Positions 1 through 11,318 of a DNA stretch of 64,000 nucleotides are shown here, in pieces. The notes under the pieces were generated by a model. That model was not told the DNA's origin and did not search any database. It saw only the letters and a list, made by a program, of their open reading frames with translations. The stretch lies in assembly GCF_027921745.1 (NCBI RefSeq), contig NC_079239.1, positions 2,418,001 to 2,482,000 of the forward strand, in the 5' to 3' direction. The stretch comes from Schizosaccharomyces osmophilus (lineage: Eukaryota). Positions within the stretch are counted from its first letter, which is position 1. Every line of letters begins with the position of its first letter. The translations under genes and the position numbers were made by a program.

Positions 1-1453
1 TGGAGATATGGACATTGTATCCAAATTGGATCCCGGAGAAGCAGAAAGTGAAGGGGATTTAAAAGGATGTATAGAAACAAGAGGAGCAGCATGAGCAGTT
101 ATTGACTCAACACTAGCGAGCTGTTGTATCTCAGATTCCAAAAGCAAATTCGGATCATTCGATTTCGATTGCCGTCGAACTAACGAAGATGAGTGAGGAT
201 GTAAGTATTGATTTCCACCATCTGTAGTCGATTGATTCCTATCAAAATGAGATTCAATACTGGGCAGATCAGCAGAAAGAAGTTGATTGGATAACATAGC
301 ATCAGGATTATGGAATTGAAAATGGCAATCTTTTCGATATTGTACCGAAATACGAAAATTTCCCATAGGAGTGTTTACAGGGCTGAATGAATATGCAGCA
401 ATGCTGTTTCCTAACGTGGGAGAGAGGACTGCATTAATAGGAATAAAATCTTCGTGAAGTAAATTATCCGTTGAAAGAGCGCATCCGACCTTTAAAGAAG
501 CATTGTGAGCTCGAAGTCTATTGATGCGACTTTTTAGCTTCCATAAAGGCATAATGTGAGTATAGGTGTATAAAGAACGGAAAAGGACAACTAATTTTTT
601 GTATAATACGGCCATTTCAACGGAAGTGGAAGAGCTCCCGCCATCCAATGATATTACCCAACGTTCAAGGACGATTTTTGAAGCATTAGTACGGTTTAAA
701 TCGATGACATGATGTTGCTTTCCATCAAATATAGACAGTTTTTGATTTCTAGACAAATCCGACATGTCCAAATACGTATGTAATACCATCGGAGGGATCT
801 TTCGGTCGGCAGTCATATCAATTGACTTCCATAATTTAAACTGGTCAGCATACACATCTGTTTCATTAACTTCCAAATTAAACTTAATAAACGTTAGCAC
901 TACAATAGATAAAAAGACAAAAAGATCGATATAGACACAAAAGAGAGCCTGTTTTGTTTTGTTTTGTTAAGAAAGAATAGGGTATCTCTTAATTGGATGA
1001 TTTTCCTTAGATGTTGAAAAAAGCAGGAAGACGAAAGTACAAACTCCAATTGCAGAATTGCCATTCTCTTTTTTTTCCTTTACTTAGCTTTTGAAGAAAG
1101 TGTATACTTAACAAAACCAAAGTAGTCTCATACCATCTTTTTGCTAAGGACCTACCCATTTATTCTTTTTAGTTCCTTCTCGAGAGGAGCTGCTCCCAGC
1201 TATATTGAGTCGTGACTCTAATATCACTAGTCCTGTCTTGTAAAAGCAATGCTAAAAGCTGTAAGTACTCTCGAAATCCTTCGGACAGCTCTGTCCCTCT
1301 TGAAGCATAAACACATACGTGAATCACTTGCCCGATCTTGGCACTTTTTCCCCCTACAGAGGAATTGTCTCTAGAAGTTTCAATCGGAGAGGCCCCAATA
1401 TTTCCGTCAGGAGCCGAATACATTGGGGGAAGGTGCGTCGTAGGTCTGGGCAT
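1..1453 (-). CDS. atg13: Autophagy protein Atg13 (HORMA domain); 3' part runs off the window. Exons 1453-1319, 1251-1156, 882-<1
   Basis: Spliced translation MPRPTTHLPPMYSAP...GQVIH/HCFYKTGLVILESRL...NKW/FNLEVNETD...KIVLERWVI...AVLYKKLVVLFRSLYTYTH matches the Atg13 HORMA domain; GTATGT/GTAGGT donors, TAG/AAG acceptors. Confidence 0.92.
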
Positions 1454-2105
1454 ATCTATCTGGTTTCCATCAATACAATCCAGCAGTAAGTAGTGTCTAC
1501 GATTGGTATTAAAGAATTAGATATTTTACAATTGACGATTAGCTCATTCTTCTCGTAACAAAATCTTCTAAAAGGATTTGAATTGGGATTTGTTATGCGT
1601 GATTTGTGAAAGGTGTAAGTAATACAGCGGCGATTATGTATATAAGCATATAGTGAGATCTACTGGCACGTTATCAAAGATATCACTGAGATATGTCTTC
1701 TGTTATGTATAGCGTCATTATTATAATAAAGGGTATTTCCTGTATTATAGAATTACTAAACTATCAATCACGCGAAAGCAAAGGTCTTCTTATAGGAGCA
1801 AACAAATTTGGTCTTCTTTTTTTTTTTTTTTTGAATTTTGTAAAAGAATATAATTAGAATACTTTCGAAATCCATAGTGTGCTTCGATTCTTTTGTTTCT
1901 AACCTGCGCGACACAAATACTGTAACAACTTCATCAACCGAAAAACCCATATTTATTAGGTAAATAAAAATATCCTATATTAAACAAAATACCATTTCAA
2001 TGTATCTATATAAATCCCAAATTCCATAGTTCAAACATTTGCCCTTGAAAGTAACCTCAAGTTATTTTCTTTTACGAGTATGAGACAAAAAAATCACCCA
2101 AACAT

Positions 2106-4733
2106 CTAATTACCTTCCAACAAATGAGCATAAGAATCTGCGTCAGCGAAAACAGGCAACTCTTTAATAGTTTTTCTTCGCTTGTTCTTCTGAGAGGATT
2201 TCTCTTTTTGTTCACGTCGCTCTTCCTCCCCTTCAGATTCTTCGTCTTCGCCATTCTCAAATGGAAGTAAATCTTCTTCGTCTTCCAACAACTGCATTTC
2301 ATCTTCAGATCCACCCTCCTCTGCATCAGGTACAGCAGGTGCATTAGCGGTATTCTCACGGGGTTCAGTTTCTTCATCTGAGAACATTTGGCCTTCCTCC
2401 TCCTCTTCTTCAACATTTTCTTCGGCTTCTTCAGCAGGCTCCTTTGGTTGTTCAGCTTCCTCTCCATCAGAAAAGTCAGCCATTGCTTCATCCATAGCCT
2501 CTTCATCGAAATCACTTTCTTCTTCTTCCATTTCCAAATTCGGCTTGGAATCCACAAGCGCTTTCCAAACCTCATCTTCGTCCATTTCACCTTCTTCATT
2601 TACGCTAACATTCTTCTTATTAGATTGCTTTCCTTTGATATACTTATCATTGAAGAAACGATGGAAGAACAGTTCATCAACGGGAATTTCACTTTCCTGT
2701 TTTCCAATGAATTGTTCTGAATTCATAGGCGCATTACCTTGACCAGTTCCAGTGGAAACAATACCTTTGGAGACGCTGCCAGCAAGAGGTTGCATAATAG
2801 AGTAGCCTTTAACAGCAGCTGATTTTTTAGGATTACGATATGCAAACTTATCGAGAAAGTGGCTCAAAGTGTGAAGGGAAAGATCTGGTTTGCCTTCAAT
2901 TTTTTCTCCTTTAACCAGCTGCTTTGCCAGCATAGATACAGTAGGATGGAAATGACTCAAGAATGGATAAATTTCCCAAATACAACTACGGTCAGCGTTA
3001 CTATACTGGGGGTCTCTTTTCCGTCCATCATATCCGTTAGTGAGGTCGGATTTGACAGAAGCTACGTGTGCTTCTTTGTTCTCCTGCTTATTGTCTTGGT
3101 TCTCCGTTTTTTCTTCACCGTCAGAATTTGCGTTCTCTTCTTCCTCCTCGACATCTTTGAATACTTCTTCTTCATCATCATCAAACTCATGCATTTCTGG
3201 CTTATCAAACATTGCACGAAGCGACGAATTAGAGTCCTCTAATTGTCGAATGACATAGAAAAACCCAGTAACAAGAGGGGCCTGCTGCCAAGCGGCAATT
3301 TGAACCATTCTCTTTATGAATGCACGGACACGGGCGACGTTATTGTCAATAATTAAAGACTTATATAATAAGTTCAAATAAAGGGAGTGTTTGGAAGAAG
3401 TTGGAAGGCGTGAATCTAACAAAGATTCATACAAACTCTTGTAAAAACGATCGGGAATGGAGTCCCTGGTGGAAGAAGCTTGGAAAATTAACATAAGTAC
3501 CTGGATGGCAGTGTTGAAAGAAGCAGTATGAGTAATTGTAAAGAGGGTATTCATATGCTTATCAAAACTTTCGCTATTGATTTCTGCAAAAGGGTAAGCT
3601 CGGTTAACACCGGTAAGAATAGCAGAAACCAACCGAGAATTGGAGTTTTCTTGTGCTTCTTTACGAATGTCAGCATCTTTTTTCCGCTTTTGGTTCTTTT
3701 TGTTATCCTTGGCGTCATGAGATACCATATTCTCCTCTTCCTTATTAGCATTTTCTTCCTTTTCAAAGGCAAACAAAAGCTTTGTGAAAAAGACAAAATA
3801 AATTTCGATCAATAAGTTTGCGACATCAGTTTGCTTATGAGTCAAAACCGTTTGGTTGAGGGTGATCATTGTATAATAATGGCTAGTGCGCGAAGTGGTA
3901 CGGGCAAAAGCAAATCTTTCCAACTCTTTCGTAATAATAAACTTCATGGCTGGATGACTTGCTTCCACCTGAAGAATCAAATAGGATGCCTTGGATGCTA
4001 TTTTGTTGTCCTTGTCACCGATCTTGTTCACTAGTAAACGCAACAAATTTTGTTCCTGCTCGGGCTTCCCTTTTAATAAATCATAAATTGTAGAAAGCAT
4101 TTGACTTTTCACAAACATCAAAGGATCAAAGGAGAGTACTTCTATATGTTGAATGTATTTGAAATAAAACGTTTTTAAATAGCTTTCAAAGGCCCACACC
4201 ATTAAGTGTTCATCAGTGACACCTTGGGATCCCAGACAGGGCTGTTGTTTCATATACAGCAGCTTTCTGTCTGGTATCAAACCACCCAAAAAGAGATCTT
4301 TTAGAGTGCTAACACTTTGGGTATTTTCGTTACGTGATTTCTTGGCGCAAAGAGCCAATAAACTTTCCAGTGGTTTCGCTGCATGAATTGGAGATTCCTG
4401 GACCAACAGTGTCAGAGCAGAAATACGATCGCTCGTAGTACCTGAACTAATCAAAGTTTGCATCATTCGTTTGTCGGTGCTTCCGGTCTCTAAGGAGTTT
4501 GAAAAGCGTTCAGCATCTTGCTGTAAAAGAAGAATTCCTCGTTGTTCCAATTCAATAGCCCTGCCAGAGGAAACCGGTTTCTTCGTAGGCTGTAGTTGCG
4601 ATAACTGTATATTATACCAAGGAATGCCAGGGTCAAATCTGACTCCTGCTGGTTTAGAGTCTACGACAGCTTCACCTTCATCATTAAAGACAAATTTCTG
4701 TCCTTTCTTGGGTTTTGCAGCTGCAATCGCCAT
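2106..4733 (-). CDS. noc1: Ribosome biogenesis protein Noc1/Mak21 (CBF domain)
   Basis: 875-aa ORF; GTTSDRISALTLLVQESP, YDGRKRDP, HFHPTV, LSHFLDKFAYRNPK, acidic tail ending FADADSYAHLL. Confidence 0.93.
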   Translation of the reverse strand: MAIAAAKPKKGQKFVFNDEGEAVVDSKPAGVRFDPGIPWYNIQLSQLQPTKKPVSSGRAIELEQRGILLLQQDAERFSNSLETGSTDKRMMQTLISSGTTSDRISALTLLVQESPIHAAKPLESLLALCAKKSRNENTQSVSTLKDLFLGGLIPDRKLLYMKQQPCLGSQGVTDEHLMVWAFESYLKTFYFKYIQHIEVLSFDPLMFVKSQMLSTIYDLLKGKPEQEQNLLRLLVNKIGDKDNKIASKASYLILQVEASHPAMKFIITKELERFAFARTTSRTSHYYTMITLNQTVLTHKQTDVANLLIEIYFVFFTKLLFAFEKEENANKEEENMVSHDAKDNKKNQKRKKDADIRKEAQENSNSRLVSAILTGVNRAYPFAEINSESFDKHMNTLFTITHTASFNTAIQVLMLIFQASSTRDSIPDRFYKSLYESLLDSRLPTSSKHSLYLNLLYKSLIIDNNVARVRAFIKRMVQIAAWQQAPLVTGFFYVIRQLEDSNSSLRAMFDKPEMHEFDDDEEEVFKDVEEEEENANSDGEEKTENQDNKQENKEAHVASVKSDLTNGYDGRKRDPQYSNADRSCIWEIYPFLSHFHPTVSMLAKQLVKGEKIEGKPDLSLHTLSHFLDKFAYRNPKKSAAVKGYSIMQPLAGSVSKGIVSTGTGQGNAPMNSEQFIGKQESEIPVDELFFHRFFNDKYIKGKQSNKKNVSVNEEGEMDEDEVWKALVDSKPNLEMEEEESDFDEEAMDEAMADFSDGEEAEQPKEPAEEAEENVEEEEEEGQMFSDEETEPRENTANAPAVPDAEEGGSEDEMQLLEDEEDLLPFENGEDEESEGEEERREQKEKSSQKNKRRKTIKELPVFADADSYAHLLEGN

Positions 4734-5654
4734 TTTTCTTATTTACTTCCGGAATGAGAAGAAACGCGACTGGTTAAGAAGATAACGTCCGATCCTACTT
4801 AAAAATTTGACGAGGCTGACAAAATCGTCACAAACGAACTTCGAATGTACAATTGGAAACAAAAACGAAAATTCGCTGCAGATGCGTTTTTTTTTCGTAG
4901 ATGTCCAAGCACTCCTACTGCCAGAAATAATAATTAGCGCGGTATACGATTACAAGCGAGCACGCTACAGTACGTTACCTTCACCTTCAACATCATGTAT
5001 GTACTGGGATTAACGACTAGTGAGTTACAGTTAAAAACAACAGACCGAGATTTCGAATGTAGGACCTGAAGGAAAAGAGCACTATATCCATTTAAATTCA
5101 CTTCTATATACTAAATCTAAAAAAAGACTTACAAGGCCATTCTAGAATTACAAAGTCACTAATGAGATGCATGGAAAGCCTAGTAGTAATCATCAGTTTT
5201 TATCCTGCAAGACAAGTAAACACACATATGAATATAACAAGTAGTCAATCATGTATAATAGAAATAGTGTAGTAGCATCCAGTAAAAGCAGTGCGATCTA
5301 GGCAGTGAAAGAAGAGTAATTATTACAGTCATGGTAAATCACGAAGGGAAAGAAAGAATATTATAGTATGGTTTTAGGAACAGAACCACCAGCATAACGA
5401 AATTGTCATATACAAAAGTCATAATGGTACCAGAATCACACAACGTTCTAATTATATCGCGTAGGCCCATATATAATACAAAACTTTTACCAAAAAAGAG
5501 AGTAAAAAAGAACGATAGTGAAGCGATTATACATCCGTTCTCTGCATGAAGGACGAACCGTAAGTAAAAAGAATTTTCACGGGTGTCTTTTTTTAGTAAA
5601 ACTCGAAAAAGATTTAAAATTCATTACGAATTCATAAGGATGAGATTTGTCTCC

Positions 5655-6674
5655 CTACTCATTATAATGGAAAACCAAATAATTTGGCAAACCATAAATA
5701 TCATATTTCAGACGTGATGCCATCTTTGCAAATCCTTCACTTTCAATTAAATGATAAAAGGGAAAAGTGGGGAACACAGCGCCATCTCTATGGACGGCAG
5801 CTTTTACCATTAAAGCAGTAGTGCCTACACCGTCCAATTTCATCAGCGTTCTCTTGTCAGCATGTTCATCGTAAGAGTAGGCCATCAAGGTACGAAATGT
5901 TGCGAACTCTCTATATCCCTCTAACAAAATTTCGTCTTTACTCATTTTGCTAGCGAGTTCTTTAGCTGGTTCGGAGTCTATCCAGCTATTAAAGTCATAG
6001 GGTACCACTTTTTCTCCTTGACGTTGGTAACAATTTGCGACAAGCACGTCTTTATCGAGAGAAGTCATATCATCAATCAGATCTGCTGGAGTTTCGACAA
6101 TATCCGAATCCAACCACAGTACCCAAGAAGTCTTGGGTCCCAAAGCTGAAAACAAAAGTGTATTTCTAGCGGAGGCAAGTTTGGAACGGCGCTCCTTTTG
6201 CACCTCAAGTTTGTGACGTTGTGTTTCTGATTGTCCAGACGACAAGCCAGAATCCTGAATCATGATTTTAACGTCGGCAAAACGTTGTGACACAGGACCC
6301 CTTTGGACAGCTTGGACAGCAGCTTTCAACTCACGATGAACTTTGGTGCCATCTCTTGAGGAGGGCACGATAAATCCGAGAGTAATCAAATTTCGAGGGT
6401 ATGAAAGCCTTAGTAAGTTTCCCCAGTATTCGGGATAAAAGCGAGCAATGGGGGTTAATATAAGGACTTCTTCCTTCTTTTCCCGGGCATTTGCGCTCGC
6501 AGTAATTTCATTCATGTCGTACACGATAATTGAATCGGTATTTGCTTTTCGTATTTGAGGTTTTACGGCATCGCTTTGGTGCACGGATGGAGTAAGCAAA
6601 TAATAAATAAAAGTGATTCCCAAAGCGACGAACAGTAGTTGTCCAACAATTCTGGATTTGTTATATGCACGCAT
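5655..6674 (-). CDS. mnn9: Golgi mannosyltransferase complex subunit Mnn9 (Anp1 family)
   Basis: First ATG at 6674 (MRAYNKS); type II TM anchor; VLILTP, WVLWLDSD (DxD), LDGVG, IESEGFAKMA, LPNYLVFH. Confidence 0.9.
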   Translation of the reverse strand: MRAYNKSRIVGQLLFVALGITFIYYLLTPSVHQSDAVKPQIRKANTDSIIVYDMNEITASANAREKKEEVLILTPIARFYPEYWGNLLRLSYPRNLITLGFIVPSSRDGTKVHRELKAAVQAVQRGPVSQRFADVKIMIQDSGLSSGQSETQRHKLEVQKERRSKLASARNTLLFSALGPKTSWVLWLDSDIVETPADLIDDMTSLDKDVLVANCYQRQGEKVVPYDFNSWIDSEPAKELASKMSKDEILLEGYREFATFRTLMAYSYDEHADKRTLMKLDGVGTTALMVKAAVHRDGAVFPTFPFYHLIESEGFAKMASRLKYDIYGLPNYLVFHYNE

Positions 6675-7990
6675 GTTGACGAATCGACTCACTAACCAAA
6701 TATAGTACCTATTATTTCAAATTCGGCGTGCTTCAGTCCCCGATGAAAGGTTTAACGGCTTCCAGGAAATGGTTGAAAGTGACGAAAAATAAGTAAACCA
6801 AACTGAAAAGCTCCGTGAGATGGAGCAAACTTGATTATAAACACTTTTAATGGATTTTTTACTGAATTATACTGCTTTTTCGACTTCAAACAGACAATTG
6901 ACAAAAGCAGTCCAATACGGCTTTAAATACCTGTTTTAATGCTTTCTTTATATTTTTAGTGAAGTTTTAGCACAATAATAAGTGATGCTAGGAACCTCTC
7001 AACCAGCCTTCACTTGTGAACGGCAAAAAAGTACTGGTTCTGGTTACGTAGAAACTTTGTGTTGAGTATTGAGTCGTTGAGCACCGCCCCGCAAAGGTGC
7101 TTTCAGTGTAAAGCATTACCGTAGACTGCGTATACCATTCGTAAACTCAATACCGCAAAATCTTTGACGTCTGTAAACTTATATAAGCAGTCACTTACAT
7201 TATCTTAGTAAATAAACAAACACAAGTAAATAAACTTGAACAGTTTGCACTTGTTGCGAAATACTGGCGGAAAAGCAAAAGAAGACTCGTCGAATTATGC
7301 CTCTAAAAAGCTTTTAAAAGTTTTTATAGATCATGTATCTTGGAAATCACATTTCATACAAAGACACGTGTTCCATCGAAGATGAAATAAACCAGGATCG
7401 AAATGCTTTCCGAGAAAGGAGTTTTATTCTAAATAAATCACCTTTTCTTGTGTTTCCCTGGTAATTGGTATTTGAGATATTGCTTGTACTAAGAGGTGCC
7501 TTTCGCTAGAAGAGGTAATCCAAATGACAATGCTAGAACACCCTCTAGGAGAAGCAGAGTATCAAGAAAATTAGTAATTCATTAAAAAGTAGAGAAAGAG
7601 AACGAATAAATTAAGTTCTTTTTTAGTGTTTCTGGCTGTACTGCTGAATTCTGGCTGCTACTAGAAACGCATTAGAATCCACGCTTGGAAAAGCCAAAGA
7701 TCAATCTTTGGAAAAGAAAGCAGCGAATACCAAAGTATTGATGACAGTTTCTTTTGCGTTTTAGCTGAATTGATGTGCGGTCATTTCTTTGTAATAATCA
7801 TGTTCGATTACTGAAGATTCTTTTGTTATATTTACCACGTAACTTATTCTTTTTTAACTTACTTTTCTTTAAAAGTATACAACTTTCTTTTTATCTTCTA
7901 GTTTCACTTCAAAAAAGTTACAGAGGTCTCATACCTGCGACTCAGTCTGCCTCCTTCCCAGAACCAACACGGTAGGGTTACGCGTAAACC

Positions 7991-9591
7991 ATGGCTTCTA
8001 CAGTACTACCAGATTTTGTACAGGAAACCGTGCAAGAAGATTTGAATCGTTCTTTAACATCTAAGTCTGAATCGGATTCGTATGCTGCCAATGGTAGTGG
8101 AGTCCACAATGATGCTGATGTTGAATCTTCTGAACGTGAAAATCCCTCTTTACACAGTGAGCAAGAAGTTGCTGCTCCTCAAACAGCATCTGATGTATGA
8201 ACGATATATTTCTTTGATTTGTACTAACTTATATAAGCATCGCGTTAGCATAGTTCAGCGCAAACTGAATGGTTATGTAGGATTCTCTACTTTGCCAAAC
8301 CAATGGCACCGCCGATGCGTTCGCCAAGGCTTCTTTTTTAACCTAATGGTTTTGGGAGAAAGCGGCAGCGGAAAGTCGACGCTCGTGAATACTCTACTTA
8401 ATAGGGATGTACATTCCTTGGGCCCACAGTCTCTTTCTAACGAACAAGGAATACTGTCTGAATCTACTGTTGAAATTTCAAACGATACTGTACATATAAT
8501 GGAAAACGGAATTAATCTAGATATGTCCGTGATTGACACTCCTGGTTTTGGTGATTTCATCGACAACACAAACTGCTGGGAACCTATAGTAAACGACATT
8601 GAGAGCCGCTACAACGAATACCTTGACTTTGAAAAACGATTACCTAAGTCTTCTATAAAGGATCCACGAATTCATGCTTGTATTTTTTTCATCCAGCCCA
8701 CTGGCCATGCTATGAGTGCAATGGAGCTTCAAGTTTTGTTAGCCCTTCATGAAAAAGTGAACATTATTCCCGTGATCGCTAAAGCCGATACCCTTACCGA
8801 TGAAGAAATCAACTTGTCAAAGGAAATAGTAAGTCCAGTCCCATTTTAACATTTTTAGTTCTTCGTATGACTGACTTATCATTAGGTTTTACGAGACATT
8901 CAACAACATAATATTCGTATTTTTGTTCCTTCTACGTATCCCATGGATGATCCCGAGTCCGTCGCAGAGAATGCAGACATAATGAGTCGCATTCCTTTTG
9001 CAATTATTGCTTCAAATTCTTTCGTTATCAACGGCGATGGTCGTAGAGTTCGAGCTAGAAAGTATCCATGGGGTGTGGTCGAAATAGATAATGAGGACCA
9101 CTCTGATTTTCCAAAACTTCGGGAAATGCTAATCCGTACGCACCTGGAGGAATTAAAGGATCGCACCAATGACCTGTATGAAACATACAGAACCGAGCGT
9201 CTCATTAAGAGTGGTATTTCTCAAGATCATTCTGTATTCCGTGAAGTAAAGTATGTGCTTTTTCATATTTTGTTGATTTATTTTTTTTGTCTTTATGAAG
9301 TTATACATACTAACTGACAATCTTAGCCCTGCTGCCAAACTAGAAGAAGAGCGAGCTCTTCATGATGAAAAACTGATGAAGATGGAAGCCGAAATGAAGG
9401 TTATCTTCTCACAAAAGGTAAAGGAGAAGGAAGATCGTTTGAACCAATCTGAAAAGGAGTTACGTGTTCGTCACCGTGATATGAAAGCAGCTTTGGAAAA
9501 ACAAAAGGTAGACTTAGTGGATCGTAAAAACCATCTCACGCAGCCGAAATCCAGTGACCACGAAAAATTTAAGAGAAAGTTTTTCAAATGA
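7991..9591 (+). CDS. spn1: Septin Spn1 (Cdc3-like). Exons 7991-8194, 8238-8828, 8886-9250, 9327-9591
   Basis: GESGSGKST P-loop, DTPGFGD, AKAD, RKYPWG, C-terminal coiled coil; three canonical introns keep the frame. Confidence 0.93.
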
Positions 9592-10265
9592 GTTGCCTTT
9601 GTTTTTCTACTTTATGACTTTTTCATTCATTTATGTTTTCCACTCACCAAAGTTTTTCTCACTAATTTTTTTTTTTACTTTGCAAAGATTTCAAAATTGA
9701 CCAGATATATGTTTTATCTCTTGTAATTATACCAGTCTTTGCTTTTACTACAAGCTTTTTCGATCAAACCAACAGTCTTTGCTAATTGTCAAAGCGCTCT
9801 TTTCAATTATTCAATCTACCTGTTATTTAGAATTTATATAACCCTTTAATCTTATGGCTTTTAGACATATTCATTCTCTCTTTGCTACATACTTTTTGTA
9901 AAAACTCTTTCTTTTTGTTCTCTGTTCTTGTATAACCTCTGTAGCTCCTCTCGATGATTTCCTGAGACATTACAACTTCTAGTTTTATACTTTTTTTTTT
10001 TCTTCTTTGCAGTAACTCAAAGCGAATATTTCACCAAACAAGCATTGTCTGTTAACGAAAGGCAATACTGTTTTCTTACATACTAACCTGCAATGCTTCT
10101 ATTTGAAATAATCACAGTTAATGAACAGTACTTTTTGACGCTATAGATGAATACCTAATTCTCTTTTTGTTAATTTGATGAATATCTTTTCAAATTTAAT
10201 GAATGAGACCAAACGTATCATAAAGTTTATGGAATTTGCATGGAATCAATTTCAGTTGAACACAG

Positions 10266-11102
10266 ATGAGTCTTCAGGATCATCAGTTTTTTAACACGTC
10301 TTATACGGCGTACCAAATGTCTCCTTTGTTTAAGTTTGACTCGATGGATCTTTCTGAATTGAGTAAGAAATTACAAAAGTACCTCAGATATGGTTCTACC
10401 CGAAGCGACAACTCTCTCTTGGATTCTAGTGCCACGAAATTGAATATAGAGAGTGCTTTATTCTTAGAAATTGAACGAGTGGAAGTTTCGCGTGTCTTGA
10501 AGTTGTCAGTCACGTACTCTATAGCTAACGGTGCAAGTGAAGTAAAACGGCTTGGCCAAGCCTTTTTCTTTGGCCCATCAAAGGAACTAGAGAGTGACAA
10601 TAATGGTTCAATACATACCAGCGAATTTACTCATTTCCCTTTATTGTTCGTTCGTATGGACGGGAAACTATGGCATCATACTGAACAGTTTCTAAAACTC
10701 CAGTTTGATGTTCAAATTGTCCCCCGAAAACTCACTTCTAGAACATTACTGAAAATATTTGATTCCTGGGAGCTGTATGTAAAGAATACTGTTCTTTCCA
10801 TGCCAACTGAATTCACTTGGTCAATCAATAATCCCAATCTGTCGAACCTGAGTATTGCAATTCGCGCCGAGGATTGCAATTTGTGGATGAAGAGTTCAAA
10901 GTCTCCCTGTGTTTACTACACCTTCGTCCGCCATGTCAAAAGATGTACTTCGATTGATTTAACCCATCACCTCTTTGCAGTTACCAAAATCGTTACGGAC
11001 AGTTGCATAATGACATCTTCAGGTAAATTCAAATTTTTCCCTAATTCACATTCTCTCCTACCTACAATTTTGTACTTTTTAGAAAACTCTATAGAAGCAT
11101 AA
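10266..11102 (+). CDS. fta1: Inner kinetochore protein Fta1 (CENP-L)
   Basis: 278-aa ORF with N-terminal FFNTSYTAYQMSPLFKF typical of fungal CENP-L; syntenic position. Confidence 0.8.
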   Translation: MSLQDHQFFNTSYTAYQMSPLFKFDSMDLSELSKKLQKYLRYGSTRSDNSLLDSSATKLNIESALFLEIERVEVSRVLKLSVTYSIANGASEVKRLGQAFFFGPSKELESDNNGSIHTSEFTHFPLLFVRMDGKLWHHTEQFLKLQFDVQIVPRKLTSRTLLKIFDSWELYVKNTVLSMPTEFTWSINNPNLSNLSIAIRAEDCNLWMKSSKSPCVYYTFVRHVKRCTSIDLTHHLFAVTKIVTDSCIMTSSGKFKFFPNSHSLLPTILYFLENSIEA

Positions 11103-11318
11103 TGAGTGGGCTTGAATTCTACGCTCTCTAACTTGCTTCTTCCTATGAAAAGTTAAATATTGCAACCATTTACTTAGATTATTTATTACTTAAATATTCA
11201 TTGGAATTGTCATAGACTATCGGTGAAAACATAATTTTTACACATACTCGATTAATATATAGTAGAATTTTCTATAGTAAAATACAATAGCCGATCCAAA
11301 TTCTCTGTCAATCACCAT

